A stretch of 63,955 nt of DNA, filler included, from Bacteroidales bacterium (GTDB taxonomy: Bacteria; Bacteroidota; Bacteroidia; Bacteroidales; CAIWKO01): NCBI GenBank assembly GCA_035389045.1. It is 7 parts of 7 records of this genome, joined end to end, with 100 filler letters (N's around TTAATTAATTAA, not from the genome) between each part and the next. Parts side by side here need not be neighbours in the genome. Positions count along the whole stretch, not along the records: positions 31,170 to 40,262 come from DAOORA010000104.1; positions 40,363 to 48,962 come from DAOORA010000105.1; positions 49,063 to 57,621 come from DAOORA010000106.1; 4 more parts are not named here. One strand, given 5' to 3'. The translations under genes were made by a program, and so were the position numbers. Each line of letters opens with the position of its first letter. Position 1 is the first letter of the stretch. Of this stretch, positions 39,147 through 49,226 are shown one piece after another. The notes below the pieces were generated by a model. It was not told where the DNA came from. It searched no databases and saw nothing but the letters and a program-made list of their open reading frames with translations.

Positions 39147-39899
39147 TTATACGACCATTAAGCCGCCATCGAGTATCATGTTCGTTCCTGTTACCCATTT
39201 TGCTGCATCCGAAAGCAAATAAACTGCAGCATTGGCTACATCAACGGGTTCGCCGAACCCCAGCGGATATTTTTTTTCATAGTTCTCCACATTTTCATGG
39301 CTGGCGACACTGCCCATATATTCATTGAATATCGGAGTTTTTATAATGGCCGGCAATATACAGTTGGAACGTATCCCCTGCCGGGCATGTTCAATAGCGA
39401 CAGCCCTGCTGAACGCTTCAAGGGCAGCTTTGGATGCTGTGTAGAGCGCCCCTCCGAAGTAAGGCCTCAAACTGCTGGAAATAGAAGAAATAAAAACCAG
39501 GGATGCCTTATCCGGAAATTTTTTCTGTTTTAACAAGCTGCCGGTCAGAAGAACCGGAGCATCAAAATTAACGGAAAGCATTTCATCAATCTGCTTTTGG
39601 GTAATGAATTTCACAGGAAAAGGCTGCAAGATACCCGCACAATAAGCCATTCCATTGAGTTGTGGCATTTGTTCCACTAATTCATTACGTTTTTTTTCAT
39701 CCAACAGATCTGCAACAATCATCTGATGCCCATCTCCCTCAAGCATGGCAAAGGTATCGGCCAATCGTTTCTCATTTCTGCCGGTAAGGAGTAAAGTGCC
39801 ACCCATTTTGCTGATGCTGACAGCAGTCTGTTGTCCAATGCCGGACGAAGCGCCCGTCACCAGTATCATTTTTCCCGTCAGACTGAATGGATTGTCCAT
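39147..39899 (-). CDS. SDR family oxidoreductase (FabG-like)
   Basis: TGASSGIG, YTASK, WVTG..LDGG. Confidence 0.9.
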   Translation of the reverse strand: MDNPFSLTGKMILVTGASSGIGQQTAVSISKMGGTLLLTGRNEKRLADTFAMLEGDGHQMIVADLLDEKKRNELVEQMPQLNGMAYCAGILQPFPVKFITQKQIDEMLSVNFDAPVLLTGSLLKQKKFPDKASLVFISSISSSLRPYFGGALYTASKAALEAFSRAVAIEHARQGIRSNCILPAIIKTPIFNEYMGSVASHENVENYEKKYPLGFGEPVDVANAAVYLLSDAAKWVTGTNMILDGGLMVV

Positions 39900-39915
39900 A
39901 AGGTTACATCAAAGT

Positions 39916-40262
39916 TTAAATTTCAATTAATTCACTGCAAAACAGTCCTTGCGTTTCAAAATACACGCTTCCCCATGAAAGTCCGACACCAAAACCCGAA
40001 AGTATAATTTTTTTGTTATTGCTTTGAAGACAGTTTCTTAATTCAGAAACTATTGTCAGCGGTATGGAAGCAGAACTTGTGTTCCCGAATCTATCCATGG
40101 AATTTGGAGTTTTCTCTGCAGGAAGTTTCATTTTTTTGCGTATACTTTCATTGATCAGGAGATTTGCCTGATGAAAAACAAAGTAATCAACCTCATCCAT
40201 AGGTAATGAATACTCAGCAAGCAGCAAATTGATATTGGGTATAACTTCTTTTAAGGCAAAGT
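39916..40262 (-). CDS. fabH: Ketoacyl-ACP synthase III family, 3' fragment
   Basis: FHQAN, GNTSSASIP, GFGVGLSWG; truncated by contig end. Confidence 0.85.
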
Positions 40263-40362
40263 NNNNNNNNNNNNNNNNNNNNNNNNNNNNNNNNNNNNNN
40301 NNNNNNTTAATTAATTAANNNNNNNNNNNNNNNNNNNNNNNNNNNNNNNNNNNNNNNNNNNN
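40263..40362. other. Artificial contig linker
   Basis: N44-TTAATTAATTAA-N44. Confidence 0.98.
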
Positions 40363-40565
40363 TTAATGTGACTTTTTTTAGTATTACACAGAGTTACACG
40401 GAGTGGACACAGTTGCACAGAGGAAAAACCTTGAAGTGTCTGTCTGTGAAACACGCGGTGGCTCTCTGTATTACTTTTTATTGAACCACGTTTCCAGAGG
40501 GAACAGAGGTACACTGACGAATGTTGGTTGGTGAAATAAGCAGGTAGAAAAAGAAACGATGCTAT

Positions 40566-41219
40566 CTATACCTGTATCAGTCCGTCCTTCATATGCAGCA
40601 AGCGGTCGGTCATGCCTGCAAAATCCAGGTTGTGGGTGACGATCACAAAGGTTTGGCTGAACGTATCCCTGAGGTCGAAAAACAACTTATGAAGTTCCTT
40701 TGCATTTTCTGAGTCCAGGTTGCCAGATGGCTCATCGGCGAGGACCACATCCGGGTTATTGATCAGGGCGCGGGCTACAGCAACCCTTTGCTGTTCACCT
40801 CCGGATAATTCTGAAGGCTTATGCGCAATGCGATCTTTCAACCTGAGGAAATCAAGAATTTCCATGGCTTTTTTTTCGGCTTCTTTTTTTGAACAGCGGG
40901 CAATATAAGCCGGTATACAGACATTTTCAAGGGCAGTAAATTCGGGAAGCAGATGATGAAACTGAAAAACAAAACCGATGTGGCGGTTGCGGAATGCCGC
41001 AAGTTTTTTTTCGTTCAAAGTGCCCGTATTAATGCCGTTTATTTCAACAGAACCAGAATCCGCCTTGTCCAGAGTGCCGATAATCTGCAGCAGTGTTGTT
41101 TTTCCGGCTCCCGAAGCGCCTGAAATAGTTACTATTTCCCCTTTCTTTATTTCGATGCTGATGCCCTTTAAAACCTTCAGTGCCCCGTATGATTTATGAA
41201 TGTCCTGTGCTTTTATCAT
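40566..41219 (-). CDS. lolD: ABC transporter ATP-binding protein, LolD-like
   Basis: [46 protein letters not shown]. Confidence 0.85.
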   Translation of the reverse strand: MIKAQDIHKSYGALKVLKGISIEIKKGEIVTISGASGAGKTTLLQIIGTLDKADSGSVEINGINTGTLNEKKLAAFRNRHIGFVFQFHHLLPEFTALENVCIPAYIARCSKKEAEKKAMEILDFLRLKDRIAHKPSELSGGEQQRVAVARALINNPDVVLADEPSGNLDSENAKELHKLFFDLRDTFSQTFVIVTHNLDFAGMTDRLLHMKDGLIQV

Positions 41220-41220
41220 C

Positions 41221-43689
41221 TTAAGTTTTTTTATACTTTTTCTTGTTTGCCAGTCTATTGACCTGCTGGTAGTCGAGGTAATAAATGACTTTAACAGAAA
41301 GCGAATTTAATTGTTTTTCTTCAAAGATATTCCTGAAATTTCTGAAGTAGGATGGAGTGACCAGCGTCCCTTCACTGAGCAGGTTATTTTTATAGGTAAT
41401 ATTAAGGCTGCTGCCCGGGGCAAATTCCCAAAAAAACATCAGGTCAATATTAAAAGCATTAAAATTAAAATTATATGAATTTCCGGGATCATACAAAGGA
41501 TCAGTTATGAGTTGTCCGTCGTAATCAAGTTTGTAAAACTGCGAATAACGCCCTTTCGACCAGTAATGCCGTGCCAGTAAGCTTAATGAAAGATTGTTTT
41601 TGAACATGTACCGTGCAGAAATCTCATTTTCGACTGTGGTAAGGTCGCGTTTGCCGAGGATGATATTGCTAAGGTCGTCAAAGTCGGCAAATCCGACATC
41701 ATTGATACTTTCCTCATAAGTATTGGAAATCTGGAACGTGAAGTGGTCTGTAAGCCTGAAAATAGGAGTTGTGGTTACTCCGAAATATTGCCCGTCGCCC
41801 TGTATATCCTGCCAGTATTCAAAATTCATGTCAAGAGCGAGTTTTTTTCTGTAATCCGATGAAAATCCGACATTGGCATAAAACCACCTTTCCATAACAA
41901 AAAAGCGGCCGGGAACCCTTGTGTCAACAAAATTGTTTACAAATACCGGGCTGATGGTAAAACCCTCCCACACAGTCAGATATTTGTTTGTTGTGAAATT
42001 ATTGGAGAGATTAATCTGAAACTCTTCGATTTTTTCGGCAAGATAATTCTCAGTATAATTTACATTCAGCCGGGTATACGCATTTCTGATCTTCCAGAAT
42101 GGCTCATAAATGTTATAGTTCAGGGTAAATCCAGCCGTGGTCAGGTTGTTTCGTAACGAAATACCTAAGTCATTGACATTCCAGGCATCATTCATCTGGC
42201 TCCAGTAAAAGTCAAACAGTATATTTCCGCTGACTTTGCTTAGTGACAGTGCATATTTAAATCCCAATTTCTCCGAAGGCAGATTGACTCTTGATTCCTG
42301 TTTGTAAAATTGTTTGCTCAGCGCCCCCGATGCATAAAGCCGGTACATGTTGTGTTTATCGTTAAGCGTCAGGCCCAGCATTGAGACATTAGCGTTGTTA
42401 TATTTTTTATCCCTGATCACATTGGTGTTGATAAAGTATATCTTTGAATTGTTTTTTAACACCTGGTCGAAAACAAAAATATTGCAATTGGTAAGCGGTT
42501 CGGTGAGGAGTTTCCGGGTGCTTCCCGATGAGTCTTTCAGAACAGCATACATATTATTGGTGATGGCATTGAACACTCCAAAGGCAGTCCCTTTTTTGTT
42601 GCGTCCTGAAAGTTTGACGGCGTTGATCATCCTGGATTGTCCGGGGTTTTTTAAAATGATTTCGCCTGGTTTCAATGAATCATTTACGGCGTAAAAACCG
42701 GACGGAAGTTTACCGATTCTTCTTGTATAAAACAAATCTTCCTGCATAAACAGGTCAGTGGCTTCTTTAAAAAAAGGCCTGTGTTCTTCATACACTGTTT
42801 CCAGTGCGGAAATATTTTTTACCAGATAATCCGATTTTATTTGGCTGAAGTCGGGCAGCAGTGTCACATCGAGGGTATAGCTTTCGTTGATGCCGTACTT
42901 TAGATCTGCACCGCCGCTGAACGAATAAGAATAATTGCTTTTGCCTTTTTCGTTGAAAGGATAATGATCTCCATAGAGCGAAATGAAAGGAGTGAGCGAT
43001 AATCGCAAAGGCGGATCAACGTCTTTGATTCCTTTCAGTATCCCCCAGTCGGTCAGGTAGTTGGCATTACTTTTTTTTTCCAGCGACCACTGGTCGGTCT
43101 CGCGGTAACGCCTGATGCCTCTGAAGAGCTGTAACCCCCAGATCTGGTCTTTGATTTTTGGGAACCTCAGTGCGGAATAATTTATTTTCATTTCACAGGC
43201 CCAGCCTTTATCATTCAATTTTACTGCACTTTGCCAGATGGCATTATAGGTCCCGTCATTCTCGCGCCAGTCGGCCTGTGTGCCGGAAGCCCAGACCATA
43301 AAGGTATAGGCATCGGTCTGCATGTGGTAGGTATCAAACTGCACTGTGATTTTGTCTGCGTTAAGATCATCATCACGCACTCCGATCTCCCTGTAAATAC
43401 TGTCCGGCGCTGTGTCATACATCATTGCTGCCACATAAATAGCTTCATCGTCATAGCCTATACGGACAACGGTACGCTGCGAAGCTTTAGCATTGTAAAC
43501 CGGAATGTACTGTGTAAAATCATCTATAGAATCGCATAATTTCCAGCAGTCGTCATTCAATATGCCATCAACCTTTGGCTGCCGGGGCAAACGGGCAGCG
43601 TGCGCTGTTTTTTTCTGGGCATGGCTCTCCGGCGAAAAAAACAGGAATGAAAAAAGGAATAAGTATAATATTTTAACTGACACATTCAT
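41221..43689 (-). CDS. DUF5916-type outer-membrane protein with N-terminal CBM9-like domain
   Basis: [48 protein letters not shown]. Confidence 0.8.
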   Translation of the reverse strand: MNVSVKILYLFLFSFLFFSPESHAQKKTAHAARLPRQPKVDGILNDDCWKLCDSIDDFTQYIPVYNAKASQRTVVRIGYDDEAIYVAAMMYDTAPDSIYREIGVRDDDLNADKITVQFDTYHMQTDAYTFMVWASGTQADWRENDGTYNAIWQSAVKLNDKGWACEMKINYSALRFPKIKDQIWGLQLFRGIRRYRETDQWSLEKKSNANYLTDWGILKGIKDVDPPLRLSLTPFISLYGDHYPFNEKGKSNYSYSFSGGADLKYGINESYTLDVTLLPDFSQIKSDYLVKNISALETVYEEHRPFFKEATDLFMQEDLFYTRRIGKLPSGFYAVNDSLKPGEIILKNPGQSRMINAVKLSGRNKKGTAFGVFNAITNNMYAVLKDSSGSTRKLLTEPLTNCNIFVFDQVLKNNSKIYFINTNVIRDKKYNNANVSMLGLTLNDKHNMYRLYASGALSKQFYKQESRVNLPSEKLGFKYALSLSKVSGNILFDFYWSQMNDAWNVNDLGISLRNNLTTAGFTLNYNIYEPFWKIRNAYTRLNVNYTENYLAEKIEEFQINLSNNFTTNKYLTVWEGFTISPVFVNNFVDTRVPGRFFVMERWFYANVGFSSDYRKKLALDMNFEYWQDIQGDGQYFGVTTTPIFRLTDHFTFQISNTYEESINDVGFADFDDLSNIILGKRDLTTVENEISARYMFKNNLSLSLLARHYWSKGRYSQFYKLDYDGQLITDPLYDPGNSYNFNFNAFNIDLMFFWEFAPGSSLNITYKNNLLSEGTLVTPSYFRNFRNIFEEKQLNSLSVKVIYYLDYQQVNRLANKKKYKKT

Positions 43690-44065
43690 TATTACGAAAG
43701 TAATTATTTGGTGACAATGTTTCAGCGAATATTGCATTTTTTCAGTCGTTTTTTTATATCTGATGCAATAAATATTGAAACTCTGTAAAAATTGTTTTTT
43801 AGAACACCTGCCGGAAACCGGTACAGTTCGACGGGAAATATGCGTTCAGTCAGAGCTGGTATGGTATAGTCCTCTATATTAAAACAATTATTATACGTGT
43901 CCCTGCCTGAGTTGCTGTTATGGCAGACAGTGAAGACTGACAGCGTGGCAGGTGTGTGAATTTGATCATGCCCTTTCATATTTCCTGTACGTGCAATATT
44001 TTTTTGAATACGGTTTTTTATATGATTTTTTCATTATTTTTGGTAATCATTTAACAAAGACTAAT

Positions 44066-45259
44066 ATGAATTTACATGAATATCAGGCAAAAGACCTGCT
44101 CAGAACATTTAAGGTCAATGTACCTGAAGGCATTGTAGCCGGCACACCCGAAGAGGCAAAAAATGCCGCCCAGATGATACACGCCAATACCGGCTCGGAG
44201 AAATTTGCCGTCAAGGCGCAGATACATGCCGGCGGACGTGGCAAAGGCGGAGGTGTAAAAATAGCCAACAGTTTTCAGGAGGTGTTTGATTATGCCGGGC
44301 AGATCATCGGTATGCAGCTGGTGACGCCGCAGACCAAAGCCGAAGGCAAGACGGTGCATAAAGTGCTTATTGAACAGAATATCTATTATGAAGGCCCGAA
44401 CCCCATAAAAGAGTTTTATATCAGTATGATTGTGAACAGGCAGACGGGCAGGAATGTCTTGATGTATTCGCCCCGTGGCGGCATGGATATCGAGAAAGTA
44501 GCCGAAGAGACTCCCGATCAGATTTTCAGGGAAGAAATACATCCTGGTGTCGGGCTGCAGTCTTTTCAATGCCGCCGCATTGCTTTTAATCTGGGACTTG
44601 ATGGGGATGCATACAAAAATATGCTGCCATTTTTAATGTGCTTGTATAAGGCCTATATCAAGTGCGATTTGTCGTTGCTTGAGATAAACCCGGTGATCAA
44701 AGCCTCCGATGATAAGATTTATGCAGCCGACGCCAAAATGGTGGCGGACAACAGCGCTTTGTTCCGTCATTGTGTCATAGCCAATATGCGCGACCTGTCC
44801 GAGGAAAATCCTACCGAGGTGAAAGCAGGAGAATATGGACTGAATTTCATAAAACTTGATGGAAACGTCGGCTGTATGGTTAATGGCGCAGGTTTAGCCA
44901 TGGCCACCATGGATATTATCAAGCTTAGTGGCGGCTCGCCGGCAAATTTTCTGGATGTCGGCGGATCAGCTAATGCCAAACGGGTGGAGGAGGCATTTTG
45001 CATCATTCTCGACGACCCCAACGTGAAGGCCATATTAGTGAATATCTTTGGAGGCATCGTGCGCTGCGACAGGGTGGCCAACGGCATAGTGGATGCCTAC
45101 AAAAGCATAGGAGAGATAAAAGTTCCGGTAATCGTGCGCCTGCAGGGTACCAACGCCGAAGAAGCCAAAGAAATTATTGACAAATCCGGATTGAAAGTAT
45201 TTTCTGCCATCAAACTGCAGGAAGCTGCCGATTTGGTGAATAAGGTGCTGAAGGATTAG
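44066..45259 (+). CDS. sucC: Succinate--CoA ligase (ADP-forming) beta subunit
   Basis: MNLHEYQAK, KAQIHAGGRGKGGGV, GCMVNGAGLAMATMD, NIFGGIVRCD; TATTTTTG promoter element at 44035. Confidence 0.97.
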   Translation: MNLHEYQAKDLLRTFKVNVPEGIVAGTPEEAKNAAQMIHANTGSEKFAVKAQIHAGGRGKGGGVKIANSFQEVFDYAGQIIGMQLVTPQTKAEGKTVHKVLIEQNIYYEGPNPIKEFYISMIVNRQTGRNVLMYSPRGGMDIEKVAEETPDQIFREEIHPGVGLQSFQCRRIAFNLGLDGDAYKNMLPFLMCLYKAYIKCDLSLLEINPVIKASDDKIYAADAKMVADNSALFRHCVIANMRDLSEENPTEVKAGEYGLNFIKLDGNVGCMVNGAGLAMATMDIIKLSGGSPANFLDVGGSANAKRVEEAFCIILDDPNVKAILVNIFGGIVRCDRVANGIVDAYKSIGEIKVPVIVRLQGTNAEEAKEIIDKSGLKVFSAIKLQEAADLVNKVLKD

Positions 45260-45342
45260 TAAGGGTAAAGAGTTATGGTTGCTGTGTGGCGATTTTACAG
45301 TTATTGGCAAGTTTAAAATACGTTCAGATCGTCACATTCAAC

Positions 45343-46089
45343 ATGAAAAACTCCAGAAAAAACTTGAATTTATTAAGATCTTTTCTATTTATTGTAATGG
45401 CGTTGACAATCTTTTTGAATTCTTGCACACTCGAAAAACGAGTTTACAGAACAGGTTATCAAATTGAATGGAAAAATAAAATATCAAGCACAGACCAACA
45501 GGAATCGAGAAATAACAGTAATAGAATACAAAAAGAAAAAAATCACAACTTTTCCGGAAATCAGGTGTTAGGTTCGACAAATCCTACTGACAGCAATTCT
45601 TTTTTGGCAGACAAGAGTATTATTGCTTCCACAGACAGAGAATTTATTATTAGTATTCATAAGAAAAGTACTAATTTTATTTTTACACATATTCCAAAAA
45701 TTTCAAAAGAAGAAAAACAGAATAATTATCATTACAAGTCCGACAAGGAACAAAACACCAAAATAATTCCACAAACATTTAATAAGTCTGAAATTACAGG
45801 TTGGGCAAAGTATGGTTTTATTTGCAGTATAGCCGGACTTTTTATCAGCCTTTTACTTGGAATATTGATGTTATTGGGACTGGCAGGGGGAATATTTTAC
45901 GGTGTTTTAGGAATATTAATATTCGGTATTTTAGGAGTTATATTTAGTTCAGTTGCGATCAGTAAAGTCGACAAAGCTGATAAAAAAAGTAGGAGTTATG
46001 CTATTGCAGGCCTCGTGATCGGAATATTAGATCTGGTGTTTTTGTGTTTGTTAGTTTATGGCATTACAATACTATTTGCAAAATACTAA
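45343..46089 (+). CDS. Lipoprotein-like/DUF4190-like membrane protein, AT-rich
   Basis: FLNS-C lipobox; YRTGYQIEW; C-terminal TMs LGVIFSSVAISK..YAIAGLVIGI. Confidence 0.7.
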   Translation: MKNSRKNLNLLRSFLFIVMALTIFLNSCTLEKRVYRTGYQIEWKNKISSTDQQESRNNSNRIQKEKNHNFSGNQVLGSTNPTDSNSFLADKSIIASTDREFIISIHKKSTNFIFTHIPKISKEEKQNNYHYKSDKEQNTKIIPQTFNKSEITGWAKYGFICSIAGLFISLLLGILMLLGLAGGIFYGVLGILIFGILGVIFSSVAISKVDKADKKSRSYAIAGLVIGILDLVFLCLLVYGITILFAKY

Positions 46090-46193
46090 AACTAAAATTA
46101 ACCTGCCTATAACCGGCATCAGCCTAAGTCGAACCACGTAGGACAACATCTGGCGTGGTTTTCGGGTGAAACTCATTAATCTATATGGTGTGA

Positions 46194-46394
46194 TTACACT
46201 TCACTTTTATCAATTCCTGCCTGTTTAAGTATAGCGAGAAATGTTCCCTTGGGCATATCTTTTCCATGCATGGGAACAATTACAGTTTTGTTCGAACTTT
46301 TATTAAAATACAATTGGTGACTACCTTTGGCGCGTTTAAAAACAAAACCATTCAGCATCAGTATACTAATAAGTTTTTTTGCAGAATAGTTCAA
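46194..46394 (-). CDS. hicA: HicA-family toxin
   Basis: NGFVFKRAKGSHQLY..VIVPMHGKDMPKGTFLAILKQAG. Confidence 0.92.
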   Translation of the reverse strand: MNYSAKKLISILMLNGFVFKRAKGSHQLYFNKSSNKTVIVPMHGKDMPKGTFLAILKQAGIDKSEV

Positions 46395-46618
46395 GCGGTT
46401 GCAATGTTAAGTGAATATTCAATAGTATTACTATCATCGGGAACTATTTCGTTTCTTGATTGCAATTCTTCAATGTAAAGCTCAATAGCCTCTTTTGCCA
46501 TGCTGATAGCATCGTCAATGTCTTTTCCGTAAGTAACACATCCGGGTAAAGCAGGTACAATCACAGTATATTTACCATCTGCTTCTTTGTGTAATAATAG
46601 CTTATAGGATAGTTGCAT
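46391..46618 (-). CDS. hicB: HicB-family antitoxin (short form)
   Basis: YTVIVPALPGCVTYGKDIDDAISMAKEAIELY; 4-nt overlap with hicA. Confidence 0.92.
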   Translation of the reverse strand: MQLSYKLLLHKEADGKYTVIVPALPGCVTYGKDIDDAISMAKEAIELYIEELQSRNEIVPDDSNTIEYSLNIATA

Positions 46619-46754
46619 AGAGATTTTAATATTAATTAATAATTTATCGAAATATTGCTTCTAAACAAAAATAATAAAAATATTCCAATTAATTACTTTC
46701 TGGATAAGAAAATTTGATATCTCAATCAAGTCTCGCATACACCAAATTCCCTGT

Positions 46755-46779
46755 TCGGCGAAGGTTCTACCTTCGCCGA
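46755..46779. repeat. REP-like perfect palindrome
   Basis: TCGGCGAAGGT-TCT-ACCTTCGCCGA. Confidence 0.6.
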
Positions 46780-46947
46780 CACTATGACAAACATGCTTTG
46801 CCTGTAAAAAAGCAATAAATCTTTTCTCAGAAAAAAGAAAGCGCAAACAGCATGCTTTTTTATTGAAAACGTATAAATAAAACAGGCTGGAGCCTGTGAA
46901 AATAATTACGACTTAGTGGAGCCTATGTCGAACTGCGTAGAACAACA

Positions 46948-48816
46948 TCACTCATCCAATTTCGCGTAAACCGAATTCTGGCTCTTAAATTCCGCAACAA
47001 TCTCTTTCATTTTTTTAACGATACGAATGTTGTCGTGGCCTTCCAGCAGGCTATCCAATTCCTGTACCTGGTTCGAGATCAGGTCAAGATCACTTTCGGC
47101 CACTTTGGCGATCATAATCTGAGGATGGTAAGTCGGCAGGGTATTTTCCTTGTTATTGAGCAATTCTTCGTACAACTTTTCTCCGGGCCGCAGACCGGTA
47201 TATTTTATCTGTATGTCTTTGCCTAATGTCAGTCGCGACAGTTTGATCATCTTCTTGGCAAGGTCGAGGATCTTCACGGACTTGCCCATGTCAAAAATAA
47301 ATATCTCTCCGCCGTGGCCCATGGTGCCTGCTTCGAGCACTAACTGGCATGCCTCGGGTATGGTCATAAAGAACCGGGTTACCTCCGGGTCGGTGATGGT
47401 TAACGGTCCGCCTTTTTCTATTTGTTCACGGAACAGGGGTATCACAGAGCCATTTGATCCCAGTACGTTTCCGAAGCGGGTAGTGATAAAACGGGTGACG
47501 TTCTTACTGTTCAGCGACTGCGTGTAAATCTCGGCAATACGTTTGGTGGCGCCCATGATGCTGGTAGGATTGACAGCCTTATCGGTGGAAACCATCACGA
47601 ATTTTTCGGCTTTGAATTCCACCGCCAGGTCGGCGATAGCTTTTGTTCCGAGTACATTGGTCATAACAGCTTCCACGGGATTGTTCTCCATCATGGGGAC
47701 GTGCTTATAGGCTGCGGCATGGTAAATGATCTGCGGCGAAAAAGTCTCCATGATCCTACGCATGCGCACCTTGTGGTTGATGTCGCAAATGATGATTTCA
47801 AAATTACCCTTGGGAAATCTTTCGTTCAGTTCCAGTTCCAGAAAATACATGGGCGATTCGGCCTGGTCAATAAGGATGATCTTTTTTGGGGAAAAACGTG
47901 CCACCTGCCTGACAATCTCACTGCCTATCGAACCGGCAGCTCCGGTAACCAGTATACATTTGTCGAGCAGCTCACGCCTCACTTTTTGCTCATCGAGTTT
48001 GATCTCGTCACGCTCAAGCAGGTCTTCAATGTTGATCTTTTTTATCTGCTTGAAACTGAGTTCACCATTGATCCAGCGGCTTACGGGAGGCACACTCAGC
48101 ACCTTGGTGTTGTATGCCATGCACTTTTCAATGATCTCCTGTTTCTTCGATGCTTTAATATTCTGTATCGAAATGATCAGGTGCTCAATAGCGTTGTCTT
48201 CAAGGAGTTTTTCTAATTTGTCGGGGCCGTAAATCTGGATATCCTCAATTTTCATCCCGATCTTTTTGGGATCATCGTCAATAAACCCGAGCACTTTGTA
48301 TTTGGTGCCTGCATCGCGGTCGAGCGAACGTTTGGAGATAAGCCCGCTTTCGCCTGCACCGTATATCAGAACATTGGTCTTGTCGCGCGAAGGATTGTTT
48401 ATCTCCATATAGGTAATCTTAACAAGAATGCGGAAGGCAGCGAGCACAAACGTGGTGGTGATGAAGTCAATGATGATGATAGAGTACGGTATGAAATTGA
48501 CGCGATTAATGAGAAAATAGGTGATCAGGTTAGTGATGACAAATAACAGGGAACCGGCTGTGGTTACCACAACAATCCGTATGGCATCCCCGGTACTGGT
48601 GTATTGTATGATGCCTCTGTAGGTTTTCGCGATGATGAACGTGATGATCCGGATGCCGACGATAAAAGCAAGCACATAAGGAAGATCGTGAGCATCGGGT
48701 TCCGGTACTTTAAAATTGAAACGAAGCATATAAGCCAGTACCACTGAAAATGCACAGATACATATATCAATCAGTAGTATAAGCCAACGGGGAATATTCA
48801 ATTTGGTGAATATCAT
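46948..48816 (-). CDS. CapD/PglF-like nucleoside-diphosphate sugar dehydratase
   Basis: N-terminal TMs; IYGAGESG, TGAAGSIGSE, HAAAYKHVP, STDKAVNP, RFGNVLGS; TATCTTTG promoter element at 48841-48848 supports the 48816 start. Confidence 0.92.
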   Translation of the reverse strand: MIFTKLNIPRWLILLIDICICAFSVVLAYMLRFNFKVPEPDAHDLPYVLAFIVGIRIITFIIAKTYRGIIQYTSTGDAIRIVVVTTAGSLLFVITNLITYFLINRVNFIPYSIIIIDFITTTFVLAAFRILVKITYMEINNPSRDKTNVLIYGAGESGLISKRSLDRDAGTKYKVLGFIDDDPKKIGMKIEDIQIYGPDKLEKLLEDNAIEHLIISIQNIKASKKQEIIEKCMAYNTKVLSVPPVSRWINGELSFKQIKKINIEDLLERDEIKLDEQKVRRELLDKCILVTGAAGSIGSEIVRQVARFSPKKIILIDQAESPMYFLELELNERFPKGNFEIIICDINHKVRMRRIMETFSPQIIYHAAAYKHVPMMENNPVEAVMTNVLGTKAIADLAVEFKAEKFVMVSTDKAVNPTSIMGATKRIAEIYTQSLNSKNVTRFITTRFGNVLGSNGSVIPLFREQIEKGGPLTITDPEVTRFFMTIPEACQLVLEAGTMGHGGEIFIFDMGKSVKILDLAKKMIKLSRLTLGKDIQIKYTGLRPGEKLYEELLNNKENTLPTYHPQIMIAKVAESDLDLISNQVQELDSLLEGHDNIRIVKKMKEIVAEFKSQNSVYAKLDE

Positions 48817-48962
48817 TTCATTTTTTTGTAATACTGATGCCAAAGATAAATATAAATTTGCCGCCATGTATCAGCAGCCATTATTCAGCTTTAAAAAATT
48901 ATTTCAAACCTTAGAAACTGTTTTGATTTTATGTTACATAAGATTTATGATGGATTTTTTAG

Positions 48963-49062
48963 NNNNNNNNNNNNNNNNNNNNNNNNNNNNNNNNNNNNNN
49001 NNNNNNTTAATTAATTAANNNNNNNNNNNNNNNNNNNNNNNNNNNNNNNNNNNNNNNNNNNN
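48963..49062. other. Artificial contig linker
   Basis: N44-TTAATTAATTAA-N44. Confidence 0.98.
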
Positions 49063-49226
49063 TTCTCTTTAGACTTCATAAACTTTTTGCTTAGTCCCCA
49101 GAAAATTAATGTGACCCCAAAAAATATTAATAAAATATCTGTTATGTTTTTTTTCTTTTCTCTGATAAAACGCCAGGTATTTTGGATGTATCGCTTCATG
49201 CTGTTTCAGTGTTTTGCCGGTTACGA

